Shown here one piece after another: positions 1-9,954 of a stretch of 38,287 nucleotides of DNA (position 1 is its first letter; each line of letters starts with the position of its first letter). The DNA is from a virus (Duplodnaviria; Caudoviricetes), in the IMG/VR virus record IMGVR_UViG_3300017785_003577, positions 1-38,287 of that record; one strand, given 5' to 3'. The position numbers and the translations under genes were made by a program. Below the pieces are notes generated by a model. It worked only from the letters and a program-made list of their open reading frames with translations. It was not told the origin of the DNA and searched no databases.

Positions 1-137
1 ACATCAAACATTTCTAAAGCCATGTCATCTTTAACATCAGTTAAAGCGTCATCTGCTAATTCATCGAGCCTTTCATCTAATATTCTTTTGGCTTCGAGTA
101 AATCATTAGAAAAAATGGCATCAATTAATGATCTCAT
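1..137 (-). CDS. Prohead core protein, gp67-like N-terminus (partial; runs off the left edge)
   Basis: Not in the ORF track. ATG at 137 overlaps the upstream stop (TAATG). Reads MRSLIDAIFSNDLLEAKRILDERLDELADDALTDVKDDMALEMFD, resembling the T4 gp67 N-terminus as I recall it (MEGLIEAIKSNDLVAARKLF). Lies downstream of the portal, where gp67/gp68/gp21 are found. Confidence 0.6.
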   Translation of the reverse strand, partial: MRSLIDAIFSNDLLEAKRILDERLDELADDALTDVKDDMALEMFD

Positions 138-652
138 TATGGTGCTAAAGCGTATGGACCATAGTTAAATGCTGCTGGATCGGTCAATTGACCTTTGTCA
201 TAATATTTGTTATTTTTATGCAATTCAATAATTATTGTATATGCTGCATTGGCAGTTGTACCCACAGTTTTAATTGTTACGTTACCTGTAGGACCAATTG
301 CATTGTTTCCAATTGATGGAAACTGGTATTGTGGATTAGTATCAAAAACACCTACACCAGCTGCAACAATAGTTTGTGATGTTGTTGTGCCTTGCCACTT
401 TAATTGTAGATGACCAACTTCAGCATCTACAGAAGCAAGAATTCTTGAAATAGTAAACGCAGAATTGGCTAGACCAGCAGGAGTTGTATTGCCTGTTTGA
501 TAGTAAGCGCCATTGGCATTCAATGCACCAAATAATTTTAATGGTTCAATGATGACTGTTTCATTTTCGTCAGAATCAATAATACCAATACGTTTAATAA
601 CGGTTCTAGAATTAGTATCGACTAAAGTTTGTATGCTATTTGCGATTGCCAT
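137..652 (-). CDS. Hypothetical protein, probably virion/head-associated (171 aa)
   Basis: Clean ORF with AGGA SD; N/T/A/G-rich beta-type composition; in the head gene cluster; translationally coupled to the next gene. Confidence 0.6.
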   Translation of the reverse strand: MAIANSIQTLVDTNSRTVIKRIGIIDSDENETVIIEPLKLFGALNANGAYYQTGNTTPAGLANSAFTISRILASVDAEVGHLQLKWQGTTTSQTIVAAGVGVFDTNPQYQFPSIGNNAIGPTGNVTIKTVGTTANAAYTIIIELHKNNKYYDKGQLTDPAAFNYGPYALAP

Positions 653-661
653 TTTTTTATC

Positions 662-877
662 CTATTGAAATTCTAATGGTACTGTAGAGGACCATTTCAT
701 TGCTGTATATGGTACGGTTACATATTTATCTAATTTATCCACATAGTATAATGCCACCCGTTGACCATCAGAAAACTGTCTAACAGATTTTCTTCTCATC
801 ATTAGAACGGCTGGAGGATCCATTTGAGTTTCTTTTTTCTCTTTGGCCTCAGACATTAATTGTTTAAGTGTTTTCAA
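662..877 (-). CDS. Small basic hypothetical protein of the head cluster (~71 aa)
   Basis: ORF track 662..922. A TTG start at 877 preceded by CAGGAAACAGAAG is more plausible and gives MKTLKQLMSEAK...DPPAVLMMRRKSVRQFSDGQRVALYY. Confidence 0.6.
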   Translation of the reverse strand: MKTLKQLMSEAKEKKETQMDPPAVLMMRRKSVRQFSDGQRVALYYVDKLDKYVTVPYTAMKWSSTVPLEFQ

Positions 878-1064
878 CTTCTGTTTCCTGTTGTTCTTGG
901 TCCAACTCTTGTTGTGGAGCAATTAAACTGTGTGCAATTTCTTGTTTCTTTGCTTCAATATGATCTGCCACTCTATCGTGAATTGCCGAATACAAAGCAT
1001 TACGGAACTCTACGCCGTTATCATCGTGTGCAAAATCAATAATTTGTCTTGTTGTATCTGTCAT
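864..1064 (-). CDS. Prohead core protein, gp67-like (66 aa)
   Basis: Directly after the portal; helical with KKQEIAHSLI followed by an acidic tail, like T4 gp67; GGAG SD and its own TATAAATA motif. Confidence 0.65.
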   Translation of the reverse strand: MTDTTRQIIDFAHDDNGVEFRNALYSAIHDRVADHIEAKKQEIAHSLIAPQQELDQEQQETEVENT

Positions 1065-1083
1065 TTTTTAATCTCCATTCCAA

Positions 1084-1091
1084 TATTTATA
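1084..1091 (-). promoter_or_regulatory. T4-type late promoter TATAAATA
   Basis: Perfect consensus on the minus strand, overlapping the portal stop codon, 19 nt upstream of the ATG at 1064. Confidence 0.8.
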
Positions 1092-2760
1092 ATATTCGTT
1101 TCAGTTTCACCAATGTATTGGTTTCTTCTTTAACACTTGACTTGGCGGCCGCTTGTTGGGCCAATTCTGCCTCATGCTCTTGGTCTAACGGATGTTGTGG
1201 TTGTGATGGTACTTGTGACATCATTTGTGCTTGCGCCACATCATTGGTCACACCAACTGGTAATCCAAGACCTGCTTCTTTTTCTTCGTCCATCTCAATT
1301 TGCATCTCTTTAATATCATCATCATTTAGACGTAGAACATTTCTTTGAATCCATGATTGAGAGAAATAACGACCAGTATATGGGTCGATTGTTGCCAACA
1401 GAGCCAATCTTTCTTTCATTAATTCGGCATCTTTGAGTTCAGTAAAGTTATTATCTTTAATGAAATCATAGTGAATGTTAGTTCTAAAATCTTCCCATTC
1501 TTGGTCTGTACAAATACCTTTTAATACACATTGTATCCGTAACGCTTGGTCAAATAAATCAGAGAAACGATTACGTAAACGGTCTACAAATTTAGCAAAC
1601 TTTAATTCGTCACGGGTAATCTCATTGGTGCGACCAAGAGAAAAACCAGATGTTTCTGGATTCAAACGAGATACAGGAACATTTAGTGCCTTGTATAGTT
1701 TCTTTTCAAAGTATTTGACATCTTCCAACTCACCTAGATTTTGACCACCAGGTAATGTAGTAATCTCTGTACCTTTTCCACCTTCACGGCGTGGTAACCA
1801 GAAATCTTCCATCATGGATAAAAATTTACGGTCATCACGGACTTCACCTGTGTTGGCATCGTATACAAGTTTATTTTTGTATTTTACCATAATGTCACGA
1901 AGGTATTGTTCTGCCTTTAACTTAGGTAAATTACCCACGTCAATATAGAAAATACGGCGTTCAGGTGCACGTGAGATACGATAGATAACAGTTGCATCTT
2001 CAATCATGCGTAACTGATTGAGTGGTTTAATTGCTTTGTGTAGATATGATAGAACTACAGCACGGCGAGAATCCATTAAACCAGAAACCACAGAGATAAT
2101 AGAATCAGTAGTAATACGAACACCAACAGGACCAAAATTAGAAGAAGTACCAGTGTTAACTTTGTCGTTATACAGATAATACTCATTAATTACCTTCATA
2201 ACTTCTACGCCAGTGCGCTCATCTTTTGTTTTTTTCATCTCACGTATTTTACGTAACTTACGTGGATCAACGTATCGTAATTCTTTAACACCTTCCATAG
2301 GTTTGGTTTGATCCACTATGATGTGGTAGAATAGGCGACCATCAACATAGTACCTACGGAAAATATCTTGTGCCATATTTTTATAATTCAAAAGTTTCAT
2401 TACTGTTTCAAATTCAGTTTTAATGGCATTTTTAATTTTGTCTGGTTGTTTTAAATCGTCCAACACGATTTGAAGAATCTTACCATCATCATCTTGGCAA
2501 ATTGCTTCACCAACAATATCATCAATAGCAGATTCAATTTCTGGCTGCATTGCCATTTCACGGTAACGTGAGATAAGTTCTACATCATTTTTTGCTGTGC
2601 CGTCAAGGTCAACGTATGTTCCATAATAAGCGGCTGAGGTAATTGTGAGAGCGCCATCATCGTTTGACGGAGGCGTAAAAGATTGTTGCACCGTTTGGTC
2701 ATCTTCGACCTTATTTCGTGCAATTGTGAAACCAAAAAGAGAGAATTTATTAGCTGCCAT
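1087..2760 (-). CDS. gp20: Portal vertex protein (T4 gp20 family)
   Basis: Motifs YRISRAPERRIFYIDVGNLPK, EDFWLPRREGGKGTEITTLPGG, ITRDELKF; follows the tail tube gene. Confidence 0.98.
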   Translation of the reverse strand: MAANKFSLFGFTIARNKVEDDQTVQQSFTPPSNDDGALTITSAAYYGTYVDLDGTAKNDVELISRYREMAMQPEIESAIDDIVGEAICQDDDGKILQIVLDDLKQPDKIKNAIKTEFETVMKLLNYKNMAQDIFRRYYVDGRLFYHIIVDQTKPMEGVKELRYVDPRKLRKIREMKKTKDERTGVEVMKVINEYYLYNDKVNTGTSSNFGPVGVRITTDSIISVVSGLMDSRRAVVLSYLHKAIKPLNQLRMIEDATVIYRISRAPERRIFYIDVGNLPKLKAEQYLRDIMVKYKNKLVYDANTGEVRDDRKFLSMMEDFWLPRREGGKGTEITTLPGGQNLGELEDVKYFEKKLYKALNVPVSRLNPETSGFSLGRTNEITRDELKFAKFVDRLRNRFSDLFDQALRIQCVLKGICTDQEWEDFRTNIHYDFIKDNNFTELKDAELMKERLALLATIDPYTGRYFSQSWIQRNVLRLNDDDIKEMQIEMDEEKEAGLGLPVGVTNDVAQAQMMSQVPSQPQHPLDQEHEAELAQQAAAKSSVKEETNTLVKLKRIL

Positions 2761-2778
2761 ATTGTGTTATTCCAATTC

Positions 2779-2813
2779 AAAAAAACATAATGAGAGAGAC
2801 CTTGGTCTCTCTC
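2779..2813 (-). terminator. Rho-independent terminator after the tail tube gene
   Basis: Minus strand: GAGAGAGAC-CAAG-GTCTCTCTC, a perfect 9-bp stem (2792-2813), followed by ATTATGTTTTTTT. Confidence 0.7.
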
Positions 2814-2828
2814 GTAAAATAAAATAAA

Positions 2829-3371
2829 TTAACTTGTTGTATCTGTTTCCCACCATTGATATGCGAATGTTACTGCGTATTCTTCAATAGTGTCGTTAGA
2901 ACCCCAATCTAAATCAATGGGGGCCAGATCAAGTGGATACAATCCAACAAATTTGTAAGTTTTCAATGTGTCGCCAGTTTTTCCATACTGTGTAACTAAT
3001 GCATCTACGGTATAACCAGATGGACCAGCTGCAGCACCTGTACGGACATTGCCTGCGTGACTATTGATGCCGTTCATCCACGATTCTAAAGCTCTACGAA
3101 TTGTGAAATCTTCGTCATTAATAATCTGTAATGTCCAATCAGCAAACTGTCGATTACCAGCAAATTTTAATTCTCGGCCAAAATAAAATAATGGTACTTG
3201 GCCAATTGTTGAACCAGGCAACTGAGCAGTTTTGGCCATAAATGTGGTTTTCTGACCGGCTGCTGTGCCATTTTCTGCAATTGTTGGAAAAGTGAGCGTG
3301 ACTTGAAATAAATTGGGACGTGCACCGTCACCAATCAGATTTGCTCTAAATTCTGCTACGTTGAATGCCAT
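2829..3371 (-). CDS. gp19: Tail tube protein (T4 gp19 family)
   Basis: GARPNLFQV, AQLPGSTIG, GRELKFAGNRQFADWT, IEEYAVTFAYQWW; 180 aa; synteny. Confidence 0.96.
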   Translation of the reverse strand: MAFNVAEFRANLIGDGARPNLFQVTLTFPTIAENGTAAGQKTTFMAKTAQLPGSTIGQVPLFYFGRELKFAGNRQFADWTLQIINDEDFTIRRALESWMNGINSHAGNVRTGAAAGPSGYTVDALVTQYGKTGDTLKTYKFVGLYPLDLAPIDLDWGSNDTIEEYAVTFAYQWWETDTTS

Positions 3372-3393
3372 TTGTTTTCTCCTATATCGTGGT

Positions 3394-3401
3394 TATTTAT
3401 T
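3394..3401 (-). promoter_or_regulatory. Late promoter AATAAATA for gp19
   Basis: NATAAATA overlapping the sheath stop; AGGAG SD downstream. Confidence 0.7.
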
Positions 3402-5112
3402 AAGCTGCACCAACGACTTCAGTAAAATCAACACCAGTTCTTACTGCAACAAAGTTCAACTGGATAAAGTTGATAGAACGAGCAGGTTTAATATAAATGT
3501 CACCAACAAACTGGTTGGAATCAATAACTTGCCCTGTATTATTTGTTGTATCACAAACAACACGGAAGTCATAGATACCACGGCGACCTTGAATATCACG
3601 AAGGAACGGTGTTACTAATGCTACAAACTGAGCACGGGTAAATTCATCATTAAATTCAAACAATGAATACTGAGCAGCTTGAGCAATTGTTTTTTCTAAC
3701 ACAATAAACAACCTACGGACATTGATACGGTCAAAAGCAGAAGGTTTAGTTTGTAATGTTTTGTCACCATACAATACCGTGCCATTTCCTGGGAATGTGG
3801 CCACAGGATTTACGCCTTGTGCATACAGAGTATCTCTATTTGTTTTGGTTGGATTCCATGCTAAACGCACAACGTTCTTTAGATTGCCACGATTGAAACC
3901 GGCAGGTGAGAACCATGGATCACGAACATTGTCGGTGTTAACACAAAGACCGGCAATATCACCGTTCAATGGTATCCAACGATAAATGTTGTTGTATTTG
4001 TCAAACATATATTTCCAACCAGAATCAGCAACAGCATAAGATGTAGAACGACCAAGAGCTGTGTTCCATGCTGTAATATTGGTTGTTTCATTACCAGCTT
4101 GATTGATAACGTTAGCAGAAGGAGGCGAAATAAATGCCAAACAATCTTTACGAGCACCAGCAATATTGTCAATTACATATTGTTGAGTAGCAATGTTGGC
4201 ATCACCAGTTAATACTAAAGAAATATCAACTTCATCAGCATTTTGGAATAATCCATAAGCTGTTTGTGTATTTGCTGTAGATGGAGCATCATCTGCGCCA
4301 CCACTTAAACCCAACAAAGGTGGTGTAGTAAATACAAAATATGTTGTATTTGCCAAAGGTCTACCCCATGTGTTTGCTTCGAGGCCGGTTGGCAAAGGAT
4401 CAACGGCATAAATGAATTTTGAATTATTAAAAATTACATTTTTATAATAATTAGAATTGCCTAAAGCATCAATAGCATCTGATCCTTTTGACAGATATGG
4501 AAAAATTTCTAATACTGTGTTACGAACACCTGTAAACAAACCGCCGGTGTCCATAACAATAAAATGTAATTCATCGTTAGTTGCGCCAGCCGCTGTAGCT
4601 TGAGCTGAAGTGCCTGGAGCTCCGTTAAAATAAGAAGAAATACCAATTCCATTAATATTCCATGTGGAAAAATTTGATCCTGCGTCTATCAAAGAAACAG
4701 TCAAAGAATTTCCTAAACCACCAGAATATCTGGCAAAAATTGGACCAGCAGCAGAACCAGCGGTGCCAGTTAAATAGGCTGCCTGAAATACATCTTCATT
4801 TGGAATCTGTAAAGCTGTACCGCTTGTATTGGCACGAGCATTACGGCCAGCGGAACCAACGGCACGAGCAACAGTTAAGTTATTACCATAAGCTAAGAAA
4901 GAAGCAGCAGTAAAAAATGATGTTGCTGAGTTGCTGTCTGGTGTACCAAATACACTTGCAAGAGTAATCTCGCTATCTACTTGAATTCTTTTTTGTGCTG
5001 GACCCCATTTGAAATTTCCAGCAAAAGCACCGGCTGTAGTTAGTACTGAAGGTACGACTGTGGTTAAGTCAACTTCAGATACATTTACGCCTGGAGAGAT
5101 TTGAAATGCCAT
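3400..5112 (-). CDS. gp18: Tail sheath protein (T4 gp18 family)
   Basis: N-terminal SPGVNVSEVDLT; C-terminal PWFSPAGFNRG, FDRINVRRLF, FEFNDEFTR, IYIKPARSINFIQLNF. Confidence 0.98.
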   Translation of the reverse strand: MAFQISPGVNVSEVDLTTVVPSVLTTAGAFAGNFKWGPAQKRIQVDSEITLASVFGTPDSNSATSFFTAASFLAYGNNLTVARAVGSAGRNARANTSGTALQIPNEDVFQAAYLTGTAGSAAGPIFARYSGGLGNSLTVSLIDAGSNFSTWNINGIGISSYFNGAPGTSAQATAAGATNDELHFIVMDTGGLFTGVRNTVLEIFPYLSKGSDAIDALGNSNYYKNVIFNNSKFIYAVDPLPTGLEANTWGRPLANTTYFVFTTPPLLGLSGGADDAPSTANTQTAYGLFQNADEVDISLVLTGDANIATQQYVIDNIAGARKDCLAFISPPSANVINQAGNETTNITAWNTALGRSTSYAVADSGWKYMFDKYNNIYRWIPLNGDIAGLCVNTDNVRDPWFSPAGFNRGNLKNVVRLAWNPTKTNRDTLYAQGVNPVATFPGNGTVLYGDKTLQTKPSAFDRINVRRLFIVLEKTIAQAAQYSLFEFNDEFTRAQFVALVTPFLRDIQGRRGIYDFRVVCDTTNNTGQVIDSNQFVGDIYIKPARSINFIQLNFVAVRTGVDFTEVVGAA

Positions 5113-5165
5113 TTTATTATCTCCTTGAATATGATGTTATATTGGCAATTAAGATACCATACGAA

Positions 5166-5173
5166 TATTTATG
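5166..5173 (-). promoter_or_regulatory. Late promoter CATAAATA for gp18
   Basis: NATAAATA in the gp17-gp18 gap; AAGGAG SD before the ATG at 5112. Confidence 0.7.
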
Positions 5174-5184
5174 AAAGGCCATAT

Positions 5185-6864
5185 TTAGAGATTTCTCATA
5201 GCGTCTTTAATAAATTTTGAATATAGTTCGGAACCATCGGCAACTTCCCACAAATCTCCGTCCATATTTTCATACCGTTCACCCAGTCCGTCATCAATAA
5301 TTGGAGCCGGAAGAACTTCTTCATCTAACTGATTCATATTTTCTAACTGAATCTGTTTACGAATATCATGGTTTACGATGTCTTTAAAGTATTTTTGAGT
5401 GGCCACCCAAGCAAAAAGTACCAAAGTCATTACTAAATCATCATTATTATCATCTTCTGCAGCAAATGATGTTTTACTTGCCACAAAAGTTGTCAGTTCC
5501 GAGATGGTATCAAAATCTGGAATTAACAACTTATCACCTTCAATCAATGTTTTTAAATTAGAACAACCAATTCTTTTGACCGCCACAGACATTTTAAGGC
5601 CCATCTGTATGCCTCGGCCAAATCCACTATGCAACTGCTGTGGTTTTTTGTTTCCTGTAAATACTTTCCAAAGATTCTCATACTCTAAATCTTGGTGTAT
5701 GATGTCGGCTACCTGTGGATTGTTATTAATTTCAACCAAAATATAGGCATCATTATAATACCGAGCGGCATTGTGAATAACCGTAGGGAATAATATGGGT
5801 GAAATTGAAGAACTCTTATACACTGCCACCTGTTTATATGGTGTTGATGAAATATCAAACACAGAAAATGCTGAACAGTCTAAATTACGACCTTCTGATA
5901 CATCCACGGTAATACAATATAGATGGTCTTTGGTAATTTCATCGTCACCTTTAATCGGATGTTCATAGATTATCATCTTATCATGGTGAGCAATTGGCGG
6001 ACTGTAAGCCATCTTCTGTAACTTGGTGCCAGCAATAAGAGTATTGGTAGAACCTAAAAACTCGGTTTCAAACTCCTGTCGAAACTGGTGTTCAGAAGTA
6101 TTACGAATCGTTTCTTCTTTCCAATCATCATCACGACCCGGTACCATCGACCAATGCACCTCAAATGGTACATAATTGTTTCGTTTATTGATGGCGTCTG
6201 TCCATATCTTATAGAACAGATTCATGCCGTTAGGTGTAGAAACAATAATAATCTTTGTTTTTGTACCAGCAGTAATAACAGGATAAACTGAGGTAAAGAA
6301 TTCTGTGGCAATATTAGATGGTACGAAAGCAAACTCATCTAAGAATACAATGTTAAACGAACCAGAACGAGCCGCAGAAGATGACGTGGAAGAAGCGATG
6401 ATAACTGATCCGTTCTCCAGTTCTATTCGACCTTTGTTCCATTCAACCACACCTTGTTGTAACCACATAGGTAGATTCTCATACGCCAACTGTAACTTAC
6501 CAAGAATACCTCGAGCAGTTTCACCACGGTTGGCCAGAACAGCAATTGATTGTGCGTCTTGAAAGAGTATTGTCCAAAGAAGATACGCCACCGTGGTAGT
6601 CGTTTTACCCACCTGCCGTGGACATTTCATAATAGTAAAACGATTATTGTGAAAAGTTCGTATCATGTCTTGCTGAAAATCATACATTCTAAAATCAGTT
6701 ACACCATCATCTAGTGTGATAATTTTAATGTACTTGGCAAAATAGATAGGATCTCTAGAACACTTGATATATTCATCAACTTGATCTTGTGTGAAATTGA
6801 CTTGAACTCCTACTCGTTTGAGTAGAGGGTTGTCACGGTAACTTTCTTTATTCTTTGCTGGCAT
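5185..6864 (-). CDS. gp17: Terminase large subunit (T4 gp17 family)
   Basis: Walker A PRQVGKTT, Walker B FLDEFAF, coupling motif VSTPNGMN, nuclease acidic residues (VDVSEG, DDLVM). Confidence 0.98.
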   Translation of the reverse strand: MPAKNKESYRDNPLLKRVGVQVNFTQDQVDEYIKCSRDPIYFAKYIKIITLDDGVTDFRMYDFQQDMIRTFHNNRFTIMKCPRQVGKTTTTVAYLLWTILFQDAQSIAVLANRGETARGILGKLQLAYENLPMWLQQGVVEWNKGRIELENGSVIIASSTSSSAARSGSFNIVFLDEFAFVPSNIATEFFTSVYPVITAGTKTKIIIVSTPNGMNLFYKIWTDAINKRNNYVPFEVHWSMVPGRDDDWKEETIRNTSEHQFRQEFETEFLGSTNTLIAGTKLQKMAYSPPIAHHDKMIIYEHPIKGDDEITKDHLYCITVDVSEGRNLDCSAFSVFDISSTPYKQVAVYKSSSISPILFPTVIHNAARYYNDAYILVEINNNPQVADIIHQDLEYENLWKVFTGNKKPQQLHSGFGRGIQMGLKMSVAVKRIGCSNLKTLIEGDKLLIPDFDTISELTTFVASKTSFAAEDDNNDDLVMTLVLFAWVATQKYFKDIVNHDIRKQIQLENMNQLDEEVLPAPIIDDGLGERYENMDGDLWEVADGSELYSKFIKDAMRNL

Positions 6865-7273
6865 TGTTCTTCAATAGTTTGCTGAGTTCAGAAGTTGAGC
6901 CAACAAAAATTGCTTTATCAATATTGGTATTATTTGTTTCTTTTTTAATGCCTTCCATCTCACGCATTTCTTTTTGTATCTTTAATAATCTATCATTGGC
7001 TTCGGTCATGTTTTTTAATAAACCAGAATACACCTCAAATGCTCTTGGGTGTTGGCCAGCTTTGGCAATATTGAGTATTTCTTCCATGGCGTCTTTGCCT
7101 TGGTCAATAATACCTTGAAGATTTTCTTTTGATTGTTGATAAGCATCATTTAAATCTTGTTTAATATCTGCTTCATTATACTTGACGGACATTACAGGTA
7201 AATTTATTTTTTCTTCTTTAACTGTGGGTGTTACGTCAAATATTTGTTCCATGCTTTTTTCAAAATTGTTCAT
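6848..7273 (-). CDS. gp16: Terminase small subunit (T4 gp16 family)
   Basis: HPRAFEV and FVGSTSELSKLL motifs; overlaps the gp17 start. Confidence 0.93.
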   Translation of the reverse strand: MNNFEKSMEQIFDVTPTVKEEKINLPVMSVKYNEADIKQDLNDAYQQSKENLQGIIDQGKDAMEEILNIAKAGQHPRAFEVYSGLLKNMTEANDRLLKIQKEMREMEGIKKETNNTNIDKAIFVGSTSELSKLLKNNASKE

Positions 7274-8265
7274 TATGTATTAGGGAATTCTGTTATTGTG
7301 GTGGTATATGTATAATCAACGTTGGCGTTTGCAGTATTTGCTGTGGTAGGATTAGGCACAATTGTAATTGTGGCCATTTTTTCTGCTGGTACAACGTAAG
7401 AAGTGAACTGATAATTTGAATTTGTTTTTGTGCCTATAATGCGTGCATCGGATACAAAATTACCCTGTATGTTGGTCAAGTGTAATATATTATTAGTCCA
7501 CAAAATAACTCGACCAGATGCCGTAGATTCTTGTGCTGAATAACCTTGATACACAATTTCACCAGTTTGATATGTTCCTGTACCGGTGTTGGCCATATTA
7601 AATTGAACAACATCAGTTGATAAAATATCGTTATATATGTTTGTAATTGAAGTTCTAATTTGACCTGTTTGTGTAGTTTTACCAAACACATAACCTTTAA
7701 CAGTAAAACTTAATGTCCAAATAATCATACGAGTTTCGGAATCTTTATCACCTTCATAAACAATATCATGTGATGTGCTATTTAATACAATAGGTATTTC
7801 TTTAACAATACCCATTTCAGGAATTAAATTTAATTTAATTGTATAATCTGGTGCAAAGAACGGTAAAATATGCTCAATGATTTGTGTACCATCTTCTATG
7901 TTTCGTACATAGATGTAAAGATTAAAATCAAAATTATATGGTACAGGATTATATTGTGAAATTAATCCAGTAGTTGTTTGTGCAAATTGTTTAAAATTAG
8001 TATTTTGTTTACGAGAAGAATCGTAAGAAAGACCGGCCATTTCAAAAGACATTCTTGGTAATGCTATTTGAATTTTTTTATCTAAAGTTGGATCATCGTC
8101 TAAACGTCTTACATATAATTCCTTTGTTGCATACACAATAGGTACCAACATACGTTCAGCTTCTGTTAAATCTGGATTATAACGAACTAGGGTAATATTG
8201 TCGAATAGGTTACCAAACCCAATAACCATCTTTCGAATAATTCGGTTATATGAAATATTGGCCAT
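7273..8265 (-). CDS. gp15: Tail sheath stabiliser / tail terminator (T4 gp15 family) with an extra C-proximal domain
   Basis: FGNLFDNI, LPRMSFE, PVPYNFDFNL, QIIEHILPFFAP, IIWTLSFTVKGY. Confidence 0.93.
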   Translation of the reverse strand: MANISYNRIIRKMVIGFGNLFDNITLVRYNPDLTEAERMLVPIVYATKELYVRRLDDDPTLDKKIQIALPRMSFEMAGLSYDSSRKQNTNFKQFAQTTTGLISQYNPVPYNFDFNLYIYVRNIEDGTQIIEHILPFFAPDYTIKLNLIPEMGIVKEIPIVLNSTSHDIVYEGDKDSETRMIIWTLSFTVKGYVFGKTTQTGQIRTSITNIYNDILSTDVVQFNMANTGTGTYQTGEIVYQGYSAQESTASGRVILWTNNILHLTNIQGNFVSDARIIGTKTNSNYQFTSYVVPAEKMATITIVPNPTTANTANANVDYTYTTTITEFPNT

Positions 8266-9158
8266 TAAATTTCTCCAAATGGATTAGTTTCAGAGAAATC
8301 TATAATTGCGTCTGCTTGAGTATTAATATACTTATTGTCATAACTTTCATTATAAGAATTATCTAGTTGTGAATCATAAGAAGTTAATATGTAACGTGCA
8401 TTACTTGATGCACCAATAATTACAACATTGTTTGTAAACGTACCAGAAATATTGCTGATCATTAAAGAATTGGCCGATGGTGTCCAAGCTTGTACGATTG
8501 CCACACAAGTAGCATTGGCTTGAGTTTGGTCGGCTGCCTGATATACTGTTTCGTTTATTGTATAATTGATTACGTTACTAGTTTTTGCTCCAGTAACCAA
8601 CTTAATCATGTAACCAGAATCACTAACAATCATATCAATATCGTTAACACCAGTATCGATAATCTCTTGAGCATACTTGAATTTCTCAAGACGCAACTCA
8701 TAAAAATATGGTTCTTTACGACCTAACATATGAAAATCTTTTGCTTGTTCCGTAAATGTTATTTCATATAATTCACCAGTACCATTTAAGAATGGCACAT
8801 AAACCAAATCACCTTCTCTTGGACGTGTAAATGTATTTTGTGGAACTCGTTGTTGAAATGACCTACGGGAAACAGATACCGTCACCACATTTTTAATTTC
8901 TAGGCCAAACTTAGAAAAGAACTCTTGTTGACCTTGGTAATCCATTACGTCACCAGAAAGGTACATTTCTAATGGAAAAGCTGATTTGAATTTTTTAACT
9001 GGATCTTCACCATATAATATATCTCTATCTGCCGGATTTTCTATAGGCAAATAGAATGCATCAAAACCCATGATTTGCATGGATTCAACAATCAGATCCT
9101 CTATTACTCTTTGTTCGGCAGTAGAGTTGTAGTTATTAAAATATACACTTGTTGGCAT
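8265..9158 (-). CDS. gp14: Neck protein / head closure (T4 gp14 family)
   Basis: EQRVIEDLIVESMQIMG, FFSKFGLEI, RPREGDLVY, terminal DFSETNPFG. Confidence 0.94.
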   Translation of the reverse strand: MPTSVYFNNYNSTAEQRVIEDLIVESMQIMGFDAFYLPIENPADRDILYGEDPVKKFKSAFPLEMYLSGDVMDYQGQQEFFSKFGLEIKNVVTVSVSRRSFQQRVPQNTFTRPREGDLVYVPFLNGTGELYEITFTEQAKDFHMLGRKEPYFYELRLEKFKYAQEIIDTGVNDIDMIVSDSGYMIKLVTGAKTSNVINYTINETVYQAADQTQANATCVAIVQAWTPSANSLMISNISGTFTNNVVIIGASSNARYILTSYDSQLDNSYNESYDNKYINTQADAIIDFSETNPFGEI

Positions 9159-9159
9159 A

Positions 9160-9933
9160 TTAGTTCATCATAAATTCTAATGGAGCACCATACTCGTTTT
9201 GCATTTCAGTTTCCAGCTTTTCAATTTCGCCTACCGCTTCTTCATAAATCTTATCACCATTAAGTGTGACACCACCCGGTAATTGTAAGCCAGAAAACTT
9301 TTTGAGGTTGTTTCCCCATGTTCGTTTGAATAGTGCCGTAGTATATTCTTTCAACCATCGGTCATTCCATACTCGATTATATTCTGTGGCATCAATACAA
9401 GCATAACATTCGGCAACTACAATTGTACCAGCAGGAGCTTCGGATGCTCCCCATGCCCAATCAATAAAGAGTTTTCCCATATGTCGTTGGAAACGAATAG
9501 GAACTTCTCCACTAAACATTAATTCCAGTGAACGTAAGTGTTGTTGTGTTAGAGTATAGTTAACGTAAGATGCGGAGGTAAAGTCGTAGAGTTCGTTTAG
9601 ACGGAGTTGATACCGCAGGTCAAACATATTAATAGTTGCCTGAGAATCTTGGACTGGGAAAATACGAGTAACGCCAACAATGTCCAAAGGAACATTGGCA
9701 GAATCTAACACATTGGTTAAATCCAAATATTGATTATTGACATCGGCATCCGTAACCCTTCGGATATAATAGATTTTTTGTAGACCATCAAAGTGGTAGT
9801 CTTGCCAATATTGAATGGCATCATCTATTCTATCTTCTAACTGGTCATCATCAATATTGATTTCAATGACAGGGAAACCTAATCTTCTTAAACAGTAATC
9901 TTTTAAAGTTGCTCTACTTGTTACGGCCGGCAT
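9160..9933 (-). CDS. gp13: Neck protein / head-tail adaptor (T4 gp13 family)
   Basis: LKDYCLRRLGFPVIEINIDDDQLEDRIDDA, WLKEYTTAL, WGNNLKKF, LPGGVTLNG. Confidence 0.95.
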   Translation of the reverse strand: MPAVTSRATLKDYCLRRLGFPVIEINIDDDQLEDRIDDAIQYWQDYHFDGLQKIYYIRRVTDADVNNQYLDLTNVLDSANVPLDIVGVTRIFPVQDSQATINMFDLRYQLRLNELYDFTSASYVNYTLTQQHLRSLELMFSGEVPIRFQRHMGKLFIDWAWGASEAPAGTIVVAECYACIDATEYNRVWNDRWLKEYTTALFKRTWGNNLKKFSGLQLPGGVTLNGDKIYEEAVGEIEKLETEMQNEYGAPLEFMMN

Positions 9934-9954
9934 ATTAACCTCCTATGATTAAGG

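Noticed and set aside
1087-6864. Introns, inteins or homing endonucleases in portal, sheath or terminase
   Set aside because: ORFs are continuous, of normal length, with no intein or endonuclease motifs.
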